Source: Gordius albopunctatus | Taxonomy: Eukaryota | Assembly (NCBI GenBank): GCA_964276515.1 | Contig: OZ193910.1 | Coordinates: 6,324,001-6,388,000, forward strand | DNA: 64,000 bases | Direction of reading: 5' to 3' | Shown here: positions 24,315 to 38,733 of the stretch, in pieces | Layout of the letters: every line of letters starts with the position of its first letter | How positions within the stretch are numbered: the first letter of the stretch is position 1 | The notes under the pieces: model-generated | Told to the model about the DNA's origin: nothing | Databases searched by the model: none | Seen by the model: only the letters and a program-made list of their open reading frames with translations | Translations under genes and position numbers: made by a program

Positions 24315-27300
24315 TTAATTATCATTAGTATATGGAGGAGGAGATGTAGAGGATGAACAAGTAGAACTATTGACAGTCGTAAAACTAGGCCGGCTAGCGT
24401 GGACTTGATAAAGGCTTGTTCTAGTACTACCACCGGGAAACGTTGTATTGGCGGAACAAGTGACCGTGGTCATAATATGCATCATAGATGAGCCTGGGTG
24501 CGACAAATTTGAAATTGAACCTCGGTTTTCGCATTCGGGCGAAGCTTGATGATCATTACCCACCACATAATGACTGCGTTAATTGTGAAAATCATTAAAC
24601 TATATAGCAAATTAAGGGACTCTTTTAAAAAAGTTATATAATAAAAAGCTAGTTTAATTAATAAAGGAAGCCAAAATTATTAAATAAACATTGCCCGAAA
24701 AGATCGTACCTGTTTGTTGAAGGATCTAAGGCTTGGCTGGCGATTAAATTGTCGCAACCCATTAAAAAATTGCTGATATTCATGGAAGTTTGCGTAAGGC
24801 GATTGTAAGTACTACTAGCAGCATCCTGGTTTACCACAGTCTGCTGTCTTATATTTCTGGTCTCGTGTGAGGGAAATAAATGCATGGGCTGATTAGGGTT
24901 TGTTACACTTTCTAAACTGTTCATAGCTCGCCCATTCCCAGAACTCGAAGTAGTTATCGGAGGCATTGTGCTATTTGTGGGGTGGTTTGGCGTAACAAAA
25001 CGATGGTTGGTAGAGGATGAGGGGCTAGTTGACACAGAACGCCTAGAAGAGTGTTGTAAAGTTGTGGGCAAAGGACTAAAATCGGATAGGAGAGTGTCGG
25101 GGCATTCGAAATGGACGCAGTGGAAAACCTAGTTGGTAAAATCTTGTTGGTAAACTAGTGTTGTAAAAACGGCTGGGGGGTTTTGTTATGGTTTTAGTGC
25201 ACTAGACATCAACAGACCAAAGGTTTGGTCTGCTTTTGTTTAGTCTATGACTAAAACCATAACAACCCCCCCAGCCGTTTTTGCACAACACTATTGTAAG
25301 TAATTATCATATTTTGGTAAAGTTACCTCGTTGGCCGTATTGTGTGTACCAACGATCTTTATAAAAATGACGGGCCTTGGGGCAAAGACTAAATTTTGCC
25401 AGGATTTACAAAATTCGGTCGTCCTGTCAACAACGCGAGTCCAATTAATTTGATCGATTGAAACTTCGATGTAGTATTTGTAACTCCTTTCGTCACAATC
25501 CCACAAAAGCAATCTGTTCATGCAATTGATTTAAATCTCACGATCAAAAATATAACTAATTTTTATGAAAGCAAATTTTAAATTATCGATTGCACATGGG
25601 TTCAAATTTTAAAAAACTTAATATTTTTTAAGAATTTAAGCCTACAAACGATAGAAAATAAACATAAAGGAAAACGATGAAGCAGATCTTGTTGTCTGTT
25701 TAAGTATGCACATGCAGACAAAAACCATTTAACTTTAAAATCCGTGCCTCTAAAGTTACATAAAATGCATAAATTGTATAGCATTTCCCAGTGATTATAA
25801 CTGAGCCGAACGATACTACCTCATAGATCCGATGAGGTATGGTTGTGCGAGTTGGATAACGATACAACCACTTCCCAACTGATGACACGTGTAACCGGAA
25901 TCCCAGTCATAATTCTTGGTATCGCCATTCAACAGAGCATTTCGACACCGACTGACCCCTTCCAAAACACAGGCACTGGCGTTGAGCGAAGCAACGTTGT
26001 TAGTGGGGCCTGTCACGATTTACGTTAACAATATATAATTAATGGCTATAAAATATGTAACAAAGGAAAAAATGGTCATTGATCTCATAATTATATTTTA
26101 TTAAGGCTATAATAACCCACACAATATTCCATCCACTAATCTGAAAGGATTGCACGTGTAAAGGGCTTCGAAATGGACCAAATGAAACACACGATTGACT
26201 GTATTGTGAGTTCCGACCACCCTGATGTACCTGAAGAATGTTTTACAATATATTATAACTAATTAAATTAAAAGAGGCATAACTAAAGCAGGGGTTTATG
26301 GGTATTGGTATTAGATTTTGGTCTCCTACGTCATAATAAAATATTGTTATTATTGTCATAATGTAGTGTTCTTAAAGTGGCCGAGGGGGAAGGGAGAATG
26401 GGCAAGGCCTCAGGGGTCGATACCCTGGAAAAATGGATGATATTCTTGTGGTGTACTCCTCCCTGTCGCTATCCTAAAATTTATATACTACATATAGTTA
26501 GTTATACGCGTTCCTGTTTATGATGATTCATATTTGTTAATATCTTTATGATATAAATAGATCGTTTTTATTACCATTTATCTTATCGATTATTTTATCG
26601 CATCGCATTTTGAAAGATTATCATGAGTTAGCAATTATCAATATATTGCATTATATATATTTTTTTATTTTGCTCGCGCGCGTATATTTCGCAGTTGCAC
26701 ATAAATAAATAAATTAGTTTATTCGGTATTTTGAAATAAATTTGAAGCCTGACAATTTGCGTAATCAACATTGTCAAATACCTAGTTTAAAAGCATAATT
26801 ACAAAAGACCTTAAACTTAAATAAATTCTATTATAATTAGTATAAGGAGAATTTATTTATTCTTATTCTAACATTTTGTGATAAGTACATTTTTTTAAAA
26901 CATTAGTTATAAGATTAAATCTACATGAAGTTAAACAAAATTTAAACAAATATTTAAATTAAGCCAAATTGTACTATTTTTTAGTTAACTAGTTAAATTA
27001 GCTTTATTCATTCGATTTTTTTATTACAGGCAAAATTAATTTCAAATCAAAATTTTCAAATATATTTTTACTACGAATAGAGAAAATGTTTATTCTTAAT
27101 TAAGATATTTAGGTGCTATATTCTCCAATGCATTTCTATTAAGATCATTTATGATTGGATGCAATATTCAATGATGAATGAAGTGTTTGGTACAATAAAA
27201 ACTCGGAATATATTTCTATAAGGGCAATAAAAGAAGATTATATATTTATTTCGGAATAAAACGTTTAGTCCAAAATAACATTCTCAAATATATTTTTGCC

Positions 27301-30300
27301 ATGACTAATCAAAATGGTTTCGACCGACCATCTCAGATTTGGATATTTTTGGTGAGAATTAATGTTTAAAAGTTTAGCCATTTTAGGCCAGTACTTTTTA
27401 AGATGTGGAGATTCAAAGGCCATCGCGATTGAGAATTTATTTAGGAACAGAACACACCAAAATTGGAAAGAATAGCGCCTTTACTTTAAAAATATGACAA
27501 ATACAGTAAAATTTATAAACACATCCTAATGTTAATTTAGCCCTTTGAACGTCCATAATATAAAAAGTGCTGACCCAAAAAGGCTTTTAAGAAATGGATA
27601 TATGAGGCCTACACCCTCACCAAATGTCTTTTTTGGCGATTTGACATAGAATGGCCCGGGTAATTTATATTAGATATAATGTCTACTTCTGGGAAATATA
27701 AAATCAAGTTCAAATTATAATCTAAAATTTAATTCAAATTTTCATATATCAAAATCATTAAAAACTCCCGTTTTGATTTTTTTAATATGGTGCGTTAGGG
27801 CAATTTCGTATAAAATTCTTTAGTTGATTATAAAACCTCATTTTTATCATTATTTGTGTAGGGAGGGGGGCGATGGTAGAAAAAGATCCACAACCACCGT
27901 GATAAAGCATGAATTTGGAAAAATGTATAGTGTACTAACCTGGCAACGCGTGGGTTGAAGTACAAATTTTGCCACGATCGACAAAGGTAACGGGAATAAT
28001 CGATGATTTTGACCCAATCTTTGTCATCAACGGATGTTTCGATGTAATACGAATACGCCCTACATATGAGTTATGCAAAATTCTAGTGGCGCGCCTAATC
28101 TTCTAGCGAAATTATAATCTTCTTTCCGCTATATTGTAAATTAACTAACTTATTCTATAATAGGATTATTCAAAATTGCACAATAATTCAATTTATTACC
28201 ACAACATTAAAAAAATATCATTAAAAAATTTAACACCTTACACTTACACGTCCTGTTATATAATTATGTCATCTATATTTATATTTCCCTCAAATTTTAA
28301 TCATATATGTACTTTAATAAGGCATACGATGGGTATAAAAAATATTTAGGTAAATAAATTATGCAGAAATAAGATATTTCGGGGCTAAGGCAACCCTTTT
28401 TCATTTTGTACATAACTTAAAAATGAGGATTTCTTCAGCTTTAAATGTTATAGTACAAAGAGTCGACTTTTTCATAATTTAAGTGTAAATATATGGTTTT
28501 TAAGAATTTAATCTGCTTAAAACACAAATTAAAGTGTCATGATCACTCTCAGGCTATCGATTTCCTTTTTAAATATTCATTAATTAAGCATAGTACCTAA
28601 TTACCGTAAACTTACTTTGAATCCTATAAATAAAAAAACATCATGTTGTTTTAAATTTAAAATTTATGTGTACCTAATGGAACTAGTTGAAGAACAAATT
28701 TAAATTCACATTTATCATGTTATAAATTATTCTAGGATGGAATGGCCGTCTTAAAATGCTTGAAACACTCCTAAATTAGTGAAATAAAAAGTGTACCTGA
28801 AGGCTCGACACTTATTCCAAAAGACACTTATTCCAAAAAATTATTCAAGCTTTCAGGACCTTCCTTTTTAATGGTTTCTAGGATTGCCAGTGATGGGTGG
28901 AAGAATATTTAGAACCGATTTTGCATTTGGTGGTTTCATATTATTTAAAAAAGGAACAACATCTAATGATTTAATATAACACAAAAAAGGATACCTTGGC
29001 TACGCACATGCATATTTCTAAAACAACCCCGAAAGGCTTAAACAAACCTCATATCCTTGTCCCACAACAGGAGTTTGATGTGATTAATGATGGATTGGGT
29101 GCCGAGCTTGATGACAATACCGCTGCTCGAATTATTTTCGTCGATGGGATGGCGGGCAAAACCGCGATCCAAGTCGTAATTGGTAGTGTCGCCGTCCAAT
29201 AACGCCCCCGTCGTTTCACCGAACGTCACGCGGGCTCCGTGCCTAAGGGTTGCTATATTTTCTTCGGGAGCTGCCCGGTAACGCGTTATCATTAATGCAT
29301 CACCAAAATAATCCACACTCTTATAAAATAAGGTCGCTTAAGTAGTAATGATGTTATTTTTGTGATCATCTTAGCGCTAAAAGTAATAAAGTATATATAT
29401 AGCATTCTTTTACCACTTTTGGATGGTCGCCCACCTCCTATTTTCATTTAAATTGTTATATAGGTGGTAAAAAACTAGTGCTTTGAAAATGGCTGCGTTT
29501 TCTTTTGGTCTATTTATGCAACTAAGAAAAACAGGACAAAAAACCTCTGGCTTGTTTATCTATGTTTAGTAGGCTAAAACCGAAGTTCAACCAACAGATC
29601 CCAGTCGTTTTTACAACAGTATAAAAAGCATTTGAATCAAATTTTAGGGATGGGACTAGGCAACGATTAAAATAATATTTTGGCTATTATCGAATGACCA
29701 AGCAATAAAAAACCAATTTTTCTCCATGAAGACCAATCTTACCTGTGACTACAGGAGAATTTTATGATTAGGGGGTAAAAACCTAAAGTAGAGAACTATT
29801 TCTGACCTTTGAGCCCCCATAACTCGAAAAGTAGAGGTCGAAATGAGCTAGAACTATCAAAATTTCATAAAATCAATAGTTTCTGAATTTTCACCGAATT
29901 TCATTAAAGTCTGAGAGGGTCGGCCAAAAACGTGAAGATTTGACATGGAATGCCCCAGACAGTTAATACTGTTATCAAAATAACTTTTTCTAGAGGACAA
30001 TAGTGCAAAGGATGTTACAAATACAAAAACCGATGAAAGTGCTTTTAGCTAAAAATATTTTACCTAAATAGCCCCGGTAGCTGAGGTCCGAGTTACGTTT
30101 TTCAATCTTTTCCCGTATAGCGTCAAGTAAGGCATCGGGCGGAATTAAGTTAGTTGGCCTGACCACATCCATAATATCACCCAAATTCATGAGAGGCAAC
30201 CTTATGCTCCTCAATATTTCGGTAGGATCTATGTCTTGGTTGTAGGTGCTCCAACTATGTACGGCCCTGAAAATTTCGATTTCGTTGACACAAAATGAAT

Positions 30301-32298
30301 CTCGTCGTATCATATCGTGCATTGCAGCCTGATTAAGCCATCATGCATAACATTTGTTACAATTCCTTTCAAAGGGATTAAAATAGCTTAAGTAAAATAA
30401 AATATTTAAGATTGTGTTATTGAACAAGTCTTTTCATAAATATAAAAAATGGCTGATTGTTATTAAAATCCCAAACGTTATTGATAAAAAAGAACGAAAA
30501 CGACTTTATAAACTATTTTTGGGAAAAACGTTACCTTAAAAATTATAATCAAATAATGTTAAAATGAACAACAGTCCCCGCATTTTTCATGTAATGAAAA
30601 TCCCATTACATTTTCCCTAATATTTTTATAATCACATCCTATCCTATAGTTTAAAAACTGATGCTTAATGAAATATAATAACAATTATAGGAATTTAAAT
30701 ACAAATTTTTTAGATAGGTTGTTGGTTAGTAAGCTTACAGCAGAAAGAGTAAGAAAGACCTTCCCTTCTATGATTTCACTAGCACGATGATCCATATACT
30801 GAAAACAGGCTTCTAATAGTGAAGAGAGTCTGTATAGATTGGCCATATCATATATCAAACACACGTTTTTCACTGTTAATATTGCTTTTAAAAATTCTGA
30901 AATAGCTGTCTCCAATAACACAAAACCATATTGATTTGCTAGCCCTAAAGTTTCTAATAAAGTTTCCTCCTAATTTATTACACAAAAATAAATGTTTTAT
31001 AAGGCAAAAAATTGTAAAACAAAAAATATTTAGTGTTAAGGTTAAATTGATAAAATGAGTGGAGAGAAAATCAATCCAACCTGACCATTTGTTAGCAATG
31101 TAAATGATCTCAACAAATTTACAAATTATATCTAAATTAATACATTAGGGGATGCAAAATATTGGTTATTTTAGAATAGGTTTCTAGTAGATGTAGTTTA
31201 CACAAAACATTTACAAAAATATTAAAACTATCTAAAAAAAATGTGTTTTGCACTTTTGCTAGCATAAAATGAGCCAGATGCAAAATCACAGAAATTATTT
31301 ATATATAACAAATAGATGTGTATTAAAAAATAAATCAATATAGACTATGAATGGGTTTGCTAATTTTGAGCCAGGTATAAATCATTTAAACATAGAATTC
31401 CATATCTTGGCTAAAGGAACAATAAGTTAAGCTTATTGTGTATCTATGGTAATTAATCATATATCTAAATCTATCTCCCTTTCAATCAAAAAATTTGATA
31501 CAATTTAGATAAACGAAATAAAACCTCTTTAAATTTTATAAGTTTTATAAAGTGAAGAAGTGCATATCAATAAAAAAAAATTAATGCCTTATATAATTAT
31601 TTTGCAGAGTTACATAATTTTTGAAATTGTACACTATTATTGCAAACAAGAATATTATAATATATTGCAAATTCTTAATTTTACCTAAAAAATTCTAAAT
31701 TTTCTCTTACAAATAACATTTAAAAATAGGCTAAAATATTTATGGTATAAAAAACGATGTAATTTATTATTCAAATATATTAGTATTATGGCCTTTAATT
31801 TTTTCTTAAAATATAGATTTTTTAGGGTAGAATAGATTTGATTCAACTTTAAACAAGTACATCATAATAATCATTAAAATATGCAATAACATATATAAAT
31901 AACATAATAGTTGTCAAAGATTAAATATATAACTTACTTTTTGTGATGACAAATTCATTTTGCCAGTGTAGATATACTTAAGCAATATTATAAAGGCTTG
32001 TGCAGATGCCTCTTTTAATTCAACTTCATTGCAGTCAGGTTGTGATTCTTTCATTCCTCCAAATAATAAAGCTCTATCTTTTATATACTATATTAATTAT
32101 AAAAGCTTACCTAAAATATTCACTCCTAGATGCCAGTATAAATTTGTGGGCAAAAAACTTGTTACCCTCCACAATAAGAATGACATCGCTGTAGTCTTCA
32201 TTTAGATATAGCGAAGAAATATGTTCAGATAACAAATCCAGATGATCAACTTCGCCTAGTAAACATTTGGAGTCACTAATCTGATGGTTATCAGACAT
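24315..32298 (-). CDS. BTBD9: BTB/POZ domain-containing protein 9; 11 exons: 32298-32111, 32073-31938, 30969-30739, 30328-30064, 29270-29048, 28059-27940, 26230-26121, 26009-25820, 25513-25327, 25128-24710, 24573-24315
   Basis: BTB (YSDVILIVEG..FFAHKFILASRSEYFRALLFGGMKES), BACK, and two discoidin-like repeats with ALLNGDTKNYDWDSGYTCHQLGSG and IVGTHNTANEVFHCVHFECP; GT-AG sites in phase; the last exon is the least certain. Confidence 0.96.
25157..25293. mobile_element. Short palindromic MITE in a BTBD9 intron
   Basis: TAGTGTTGTAAAAACGGCTGGGGGGTTTTGTTATGGTTTTAGT is inverted at 25250-25293; decayed relatives at ~29476-29621 and ~36465-36670. Confidence 0.8.
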
Positions 32299-32639
32299 CG
32301 ATAGTATTTTGTATGTAAATGTATGTATGTCCCGATATTGGAAAGCTAAACTACTATAACTAAGCTAGGAGAAGGTTCCTCCAACCCTAAAACTTGCATA
32401 GGATTTATTATAGTCCCACTTAAATCAAAATTTTCTAGTCTAGGTAAATTATAGATATATGAACTATTACTAAATAATTTTATTGCCACCTAAATTTACA
32501 GTAATTATTAGGCGTATGGGAGGGAAAAATTAAGAGTCGTTAGAATTATAAAAATAATAAATTGTAAAAGCTGTAATCAAGGGATTCCTTCAAATTTATT
32601 TCCATCTGCGTTTTATCTCTAGTCATCTTTCGCACAATT

Positions 32640-33010
32640 AATATCGTCTCCACTACAGGTTATAAAATCAGCTCAAATTTTCCGATAGACACAATCAGGG
32701 GAGGTTTAATAGGTTTCTTGCCAAAACAAAGCATATTATGGATGAAATATAATCGATGTTTAGTTTTTTGGACATTCTAAAGGCATTCGATTTTTTTTAC
32801 TTATATATATGTGGGTGTCACTACATACCAAATTAATTTTGCTAAATTTACTTATATATAAAAACTCGAAGTTAATGGTTTTCCACCTTTAACATTATGT
32901 CTGAACCAATTTCGATCATAATGGGGGTCAAACAAGACTGTCCTTTCGCTGGCCTTCTCTTTATTGCAGCAATAAATCTGACAATGAAAAGATTCTTACA
33001 GACTTCGGAT
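32640..33010 (+). mobile_element. Highly decayed non-LTR RT fragment
   Basis: FLDILKAFD at ~32765-32792 and SEPISIIMGVKQDCPFAGLLF at ~32897-32965 (compare FLDxxKAFD and GVxQGCPLSPLLF). Confidence 0.6.
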
Positions 33011-33019
33011 AGCATGGGT

Positions 33020-34118
33020 TTATGCTTTAAACCCGGTCCGTAATATAACTTAGCGGGCTCGGGCCGGTCTAGGTACACTTAAGGCTGTTTAAAAGCCCGT
33101 TACAAGATCAATTAGATTTAGTATAAAAAAGGTGTTTTTATAATGTTCTAAGTAATAATTATTTTATGTAAATTAAAAAAATGAAAGTTAAATTTTATTT
33201 CCAATTAGTTCATTGTTCCATCTATGGGCGTAGCCAGCAATGGAGTCAGAGGTGGGCAATAATGATTTGGGGAGAGGCAAAATGACCATTTTTTTAAATT
33301 TAACCCATAATTTTGATAAATTTCAACAAATTATCGGATTTCGATTCTCCCTGCCCCCCTGTTCATCAATATCTTATCCCGCATCGTCAATGTTATAGAT
33401 AGATTATACATGTGATCCCATAGGCATCGCCACTTTAAATTGGGGCAGTTTAGACAGAGCAAAAAATAATTTTTTGGATAAAAAAATTATGAATTTGGAG
33501 GAGAGCAGCTGCCCATTTTTGCCTTCCCATTTATAGGAACATTGAGTTAATTAATTTAATATTATGTAAGATCATTTATATATATACTCATTAACAAACT
33601 TAAAAATAAATTAAAAAATTTACTTATTCTTCAAGTTTACTTTGTAAAATAGCACTGCTTCTTCATTTTATATGAATAAACTAAAAGATTTAAAATGGTG
33701 GAAAAGGAAAGAAGCTAAAAAAATTTATGAAAAACATTATAACCTTGGATAACGGTTTTAAAAGTTTATTTGGTTTATATGGTTTTATATATTCCGACTA
33801 CAAGTGCCACTTGTAAAAGAAATTATTTTCCTGTAAGTCGCCTCTTAAAAGATTGAAAACTCGTTTGACCGGGATTTACTAATTTATAATTTTTACAAAT
33901 TTTTTATTAACACTTTTAACACAAAGATATTGTTAAAAAATTAAACAAAAAATAAAAAAAAATTTACGGGCCGGGCCAAGTTCGGGCTTTGTATAGAATT
34001 AGTGGGCCGAGCCGGCGCTTGTAATAAAATATTTTGACGGGACCGGGCCGCGCCCAGGCTTTTAATTTTTTATAACGTGTGGGCTGACTGTCTTGAACAG
34101 GCCCGTTGCAGGTCTCTA
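33020..34118 (+). mobile_element. Decayed non-autonomous hAT with an inserted MITE
   Basis: Right end TGCAGGTCTCTA at ~34107-34118; GGGCCG subterminal repeats; LKWWK and IPTTSATCKRN transposase remnants. Confidence 0.6.
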
Positions 34119-34221
34119 GTATATATACATGTCAAAAATATGTTCTAACAAGAAATTAAAAAAAATAATTAATAGTTTTTTATAACGCGATTTAATAGTT
34201 TATGGCTATTATACTCCCTAT

Positions 34222-35194
34222 GTAATAGAAATCATAAGAATAATAAAATTTTGGCTCATGTAAGGCCAACCAAAATATTGCAAAAAACTACATCATCAGA
34301 CCAAATCTTTTAAAATATCTCTTATTATGTTTAAATTTCTTTATTAAATCCTTCAATAATGTTATTTATATTAATTCGCATAAAACAGTATCATTAAGGA
34401 ATATTAATTAACCTTTAAAATTAAAATAATTGAAAGTTCATTTTGAGAAATTTGCTATAAATTTATTCCACTCTCGGGTAAATATACCAACTTATAAGAC
34501 CATTATACATGCAATGCAACTAATGTCAGCTGGCTGAGTCAGCAATTAATTCCACTTGGAGTCCTGCACGGGCCGCCCAAAGCCAGACCCTGCCCGACCC
34601 GATAGGGTTCAGGCCGGGCCCTGGCAAAGTTTTGTAAGATAATCAGGCCTCGTGCTCGGGTCGGACCTAATGAGACGGCCCGAGCCCGACCCGAGGTCCC
34701 AGCCTGGCCCGAATTTACCTAAAGCAAACTAATCTTTTAGAAAATACGATATAAACAAACTCAACTTGATATTAAATAATTATCTTCACAGCCTTTTCCC
34801 CTGTCTATTATAGTAAACTTTTATGGAACTGTTAAATAAAATATATTTTTTTAGGTTAGATTTTTAGATTTAAAGCTAAATAAATTGTAACGAGTGGAAA
34901 TGGGTTTTTTTATTTTAAACTTTTCCTAGTTGTAAATTTAATAAAAATCTACTGCATTTTATTTAGATGGTGAAATAATTTTCAAAATAAAATTTTTCAA
35001 AAGTTTTTTTCGAAAATCGGGTCGGGCTCGGGTCGGGCCAAAAAGAAAGTCTTTCGGGCTCAAGCAAAATAAAAATGAGAATTCGGGCTCGGGCCGGGCT
35101 TGGACAGAAGAGATTTCATTTTGCAGGGATCTACTGCCACTACGTTTAATATTAATTTTAGTATGGATAATAAAAATGGTTACAAAATTTGTTA
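34222..35194 (+). repeat. Direct-repeat copy of 22253-22920 (hAT end plus ~60 bp of flank)
   Basis: Long near-identical blocks; the 22 kb copy has internal deletions relative to this one. Confidence 0.9.
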
Positions 35195-37308
35195 TATTTT
35201 AGCTAAGCCAATCCAACATTTAATTCTGACATTGTCAAATTATGAAATGTTCGTGAGCATAGTATCTTTTTATGGCATGGGGCTGAGTCCAGGTTTAATA
35301 TGCAAAGCCTGTGAGATTTCAAATTTATTACCTCTGAAAATCTTTTTAAGGTGATTTTCCTCTAATCAACCAGGGTAGTTAAATCACATATAAACAGAGC
35401 TTCCTAAATCATAATGATACCATCTGTCGAAATTTTACCGTCAAATGTTCCCAAGCTTAAGATATGCAAATACAATGTTTGGCCATCTGCATAAGGACGC
35501 CATGCAAATCCGCCACTCCTATTTTTTTAATACCGTAGTATTATCATCATTGATAGCCATTTAAAATTATAATCCTATATGTTTCGAGTGTTTATTAGTT
35601 TAAAGTATTTTCCATACTTGTAATTATTTATGCAATTCAAGGAAATATTTTTGCATCCAAAAACGAGTCCGCCTCTTAAAATTTGGAGGAGAAATCAGGT
35701 TAATTTATTGCACATGAGATATTTACTATTATTAATTGCTATAGTTATGTACGATATTTATTTATATTATTAAAACAAACGTAATGATAGGGTTAATTAT
35801 AATATCCATGCAAATTATTGCTAGTTTAACAATTTTGTTGCTGTTTTGGCAGGTCTTTAAATATATGTTTTAATGCATATTTTTGTGAAATAATTCCGCA
35901 TTTAATAAAGTATGTTAAATTTTTAGTGGGAGGAGTGCAATTGCTTAGGAATAAGAAAATCACCTGTGGCGGGTAATTATGATGCAATTTAAAGAACTTT
36001 TACTCAATTTAATAATATAATCAATTTAAACATTTATTCTTTAACAAACGTATCTCAATTTACTTCGAAAAATTGGCTCTGAGCTGGTTTTAATGTTGGA
36101 AAAAATTAACGTTGTTTAATCCGAAATTACCCGAAAATTATATTAAATTTCATCCGTTTAAATGGATGATTTTACTTGCACCCTCCTGCCATATTAATTT
36201 TCTACCCCCCCCCCCCAATTCGACCCCATGCTAGAATTCATAATTGTAACTATTCTGTTCAGAATATAAAAGACTGGTCTTGCAAAGCAAATTTTTTCAT
36301 AGCTGTAGTTTTGGGTCCATATAAACTTTCAATCATTTTAATCAACACAACTAGTTTTGTGATCGATTATAAACCATCACACATGCATTTCTCTAATGAG
36401 CTGCATATTTCTATATTCGATAACACACTTCTTTTTTCACAATTATATTCTTGACAATTAATAAGTATTGTAAAAAGACCAGGATTTGATTAGTCGACCT
36501 TTAGTTCAACTAAAAATAACGGCCGACATAACAGAAATGGACCAAAAGCCTCTGGTTTGTTTATCAAATTTCCACTCAGGCCAAAGGCCGACTAAGAAAA
36601 AGACCAAAAACTTTTGTTTAGTCGATTAAAACCAAAGGTAAACAAAACCCAGGTTTTCTTATAAAACTACAATTAATCAAATCAGTTAGTTTTATATTTA
36701 CCACGCGAGAATATATATAAATTATATGCTATATACATAATTATTTGTTGATACATTTTCCAAATTATTTAGCTCAGAGCAAAATTAAAAGTTTTTCCAG
36801 AATACCCATTTTATTAAATTTTTCTTATCATATAATTGTTACAAAGGAAATTTAAGTTTTAGCTGATGCAGTCAGTGTCGAGTGAAGAGGGAAACTTTAA
36901 TAGGTGTGATGGGTGGGTATTACAGAATTGCAATGTCACTTTTTTTCAACCCGACCCCACACGACCCGAAAGCATTCTAAAATTTTCAACATAAATGCGA
37001 CCCAATACAAAAGTATTTTAAATTTTTTAACCCGAACCCGACCCGGTTCGACACGAAAGCATTTAACACTCCGTTGGCTAGGTGGGATCAATGAGGACCC
37101 CAAGCGGTTTATAAATGTTGTACAAATTAAGTTAGTGATTGTTATAATTTCATGTTTTCAGTAGCTTAATAAAATTTATCCTAGAATATCTCTGCAAGTT
37201 TTGATTTCCAAGTGCTCATTTGCGTAAATTTTCTTGTGCACTTAGATATTTCAACATGTCTAACATTAAAAAGTGCTATATATATGAAGTGTAATTTTTA
37301 TAAAAAAA

Positions 37309-38733
37309 CTAGATGAACCCGGCAAACGTTGTTTTGCCATTTACCCGGGTGTATTAGCAGAATATATATCATCTTATAGATAAATTTCAATAGATTAAGA
37401 ATATATCAAATATAATTGATAAGTGTTTATTATGCAAAATTTTTTAAACAAATAGTTAAAGAGGGTCCAAGGCCCAGGCCCACACAAGAGAGAAAACCTG
37501 GCCCCATGCCCCCCCCCAAGGGAAAAATCTTTGGCCCCCTGGCCCTTCAAGCAATTTATATATATTTTTTTGTAATTAAGAAACATTATCATAATTATAA
37601 TTATTTGTTTCTGAATAAAACTTTTAATTCTGAACTTAATAATGTCCGAAGAACTGAGATATATCAACATTTATTGGCACTTTGTTAAAAGTATTTTCAT
37701 TTTTCTCCGTATTTAACGCGCAAGAAATGACAAAATTAGATTTTTTAATTTCCGGAGCATGTTTTAAGATATGTTCGAGCCAAATCGGTCCAGTAGTTTT
37801 TGAGTTAGATTTTTTTATATGTTTTGCCTTTTAATAAACCGGCAATCAAACGCAACCTCATAACGTACTGCCTATCTAAATGAAACTATGTGTGTGTGTG
37901 CAATTTTACGCAGGTTTTGAATTAGGGGGGGGGCAGATTAAAAAAAATTTTTCTCGACTATCCAAAAATTTTCATGAGAGCAAAAAAAGGTCTTCGACTA
38001 CTAAATTCCTAAATTTTTCCTGAGACCCGCAGGGGGTAGCCGCCCTCCCCTGACTAATTGGGGGGGGGGGGGGGAGGCAGCCACCCTTTCTGCCCTTCCC
38101 TGGTTAATTAGGGGGGGGGGGGCAAAACATAATTTTTAAGGGTTTTTGTATTGAAAAATTATTATTTTTTTAAATTAGGGGGGGGGGGGGGGTGGGGGTC
38201 CGGCTTCCCCCCCCCCTTGGGTACGCCCATGAATCAAAGTCATTTTTTGCTTATTTTTTACGTCAATTATTATTATTAAAGGACTGTCGTGTCTCCTCCT
38301 GCGTGGCTAAATAAAATAAAAAATCTAATTTTGTCATTTTTTGCGTCTTAAATATGGAGAAAAAGGAAAATACAATTAACAAAGTGCCAATAAATGTTGA
38401 TATATCTCAGTTCTTCGGACATTATTATTAAGTTCAGAATTAAAAGTTTTATTCAGAAACAAATAAAAATGATATTGTTTCTTAATTACAAAAACAAATA
38501 AAAAAATTGCTTGAAGGGCCAGGGGCCAAAGATTTTTCCCTTTGGGGGGGCATGGGGCCAGGTTTTCTCTCTTGGGTGGGCCTGGGCCATGGACCATTTT
38601 TAACTATATTTGTTTAAAAATTATCAAACTTTATTTTTACGTCAATAACCGCTTTATCATATATGCCCTAAAATTTCAACATAATTTAATACACCCGGGT
38701 AAATGGCAAAACAACGTTTGCCGGGTTCATCTA
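37309..38733. mobile_element. Helitron-like composite with two outward-facing 3' ends
   Basis: 37309-37750 is the reverse complement of the 3' part of 44330-46995; 38232-38733 is a direct copy ending CCCGGGTAAATGGCAAAACAACGTTTGCCGGGTTCATCTA. Confidence 0.8.

Noticed and set aside
25327..29270. Apparent duplicated or mutually exclusive exons in BTBD9
   Set aside because: They encode the two normal tandem discoidin-like repeats of BTBD9 and splice consecutively in phase
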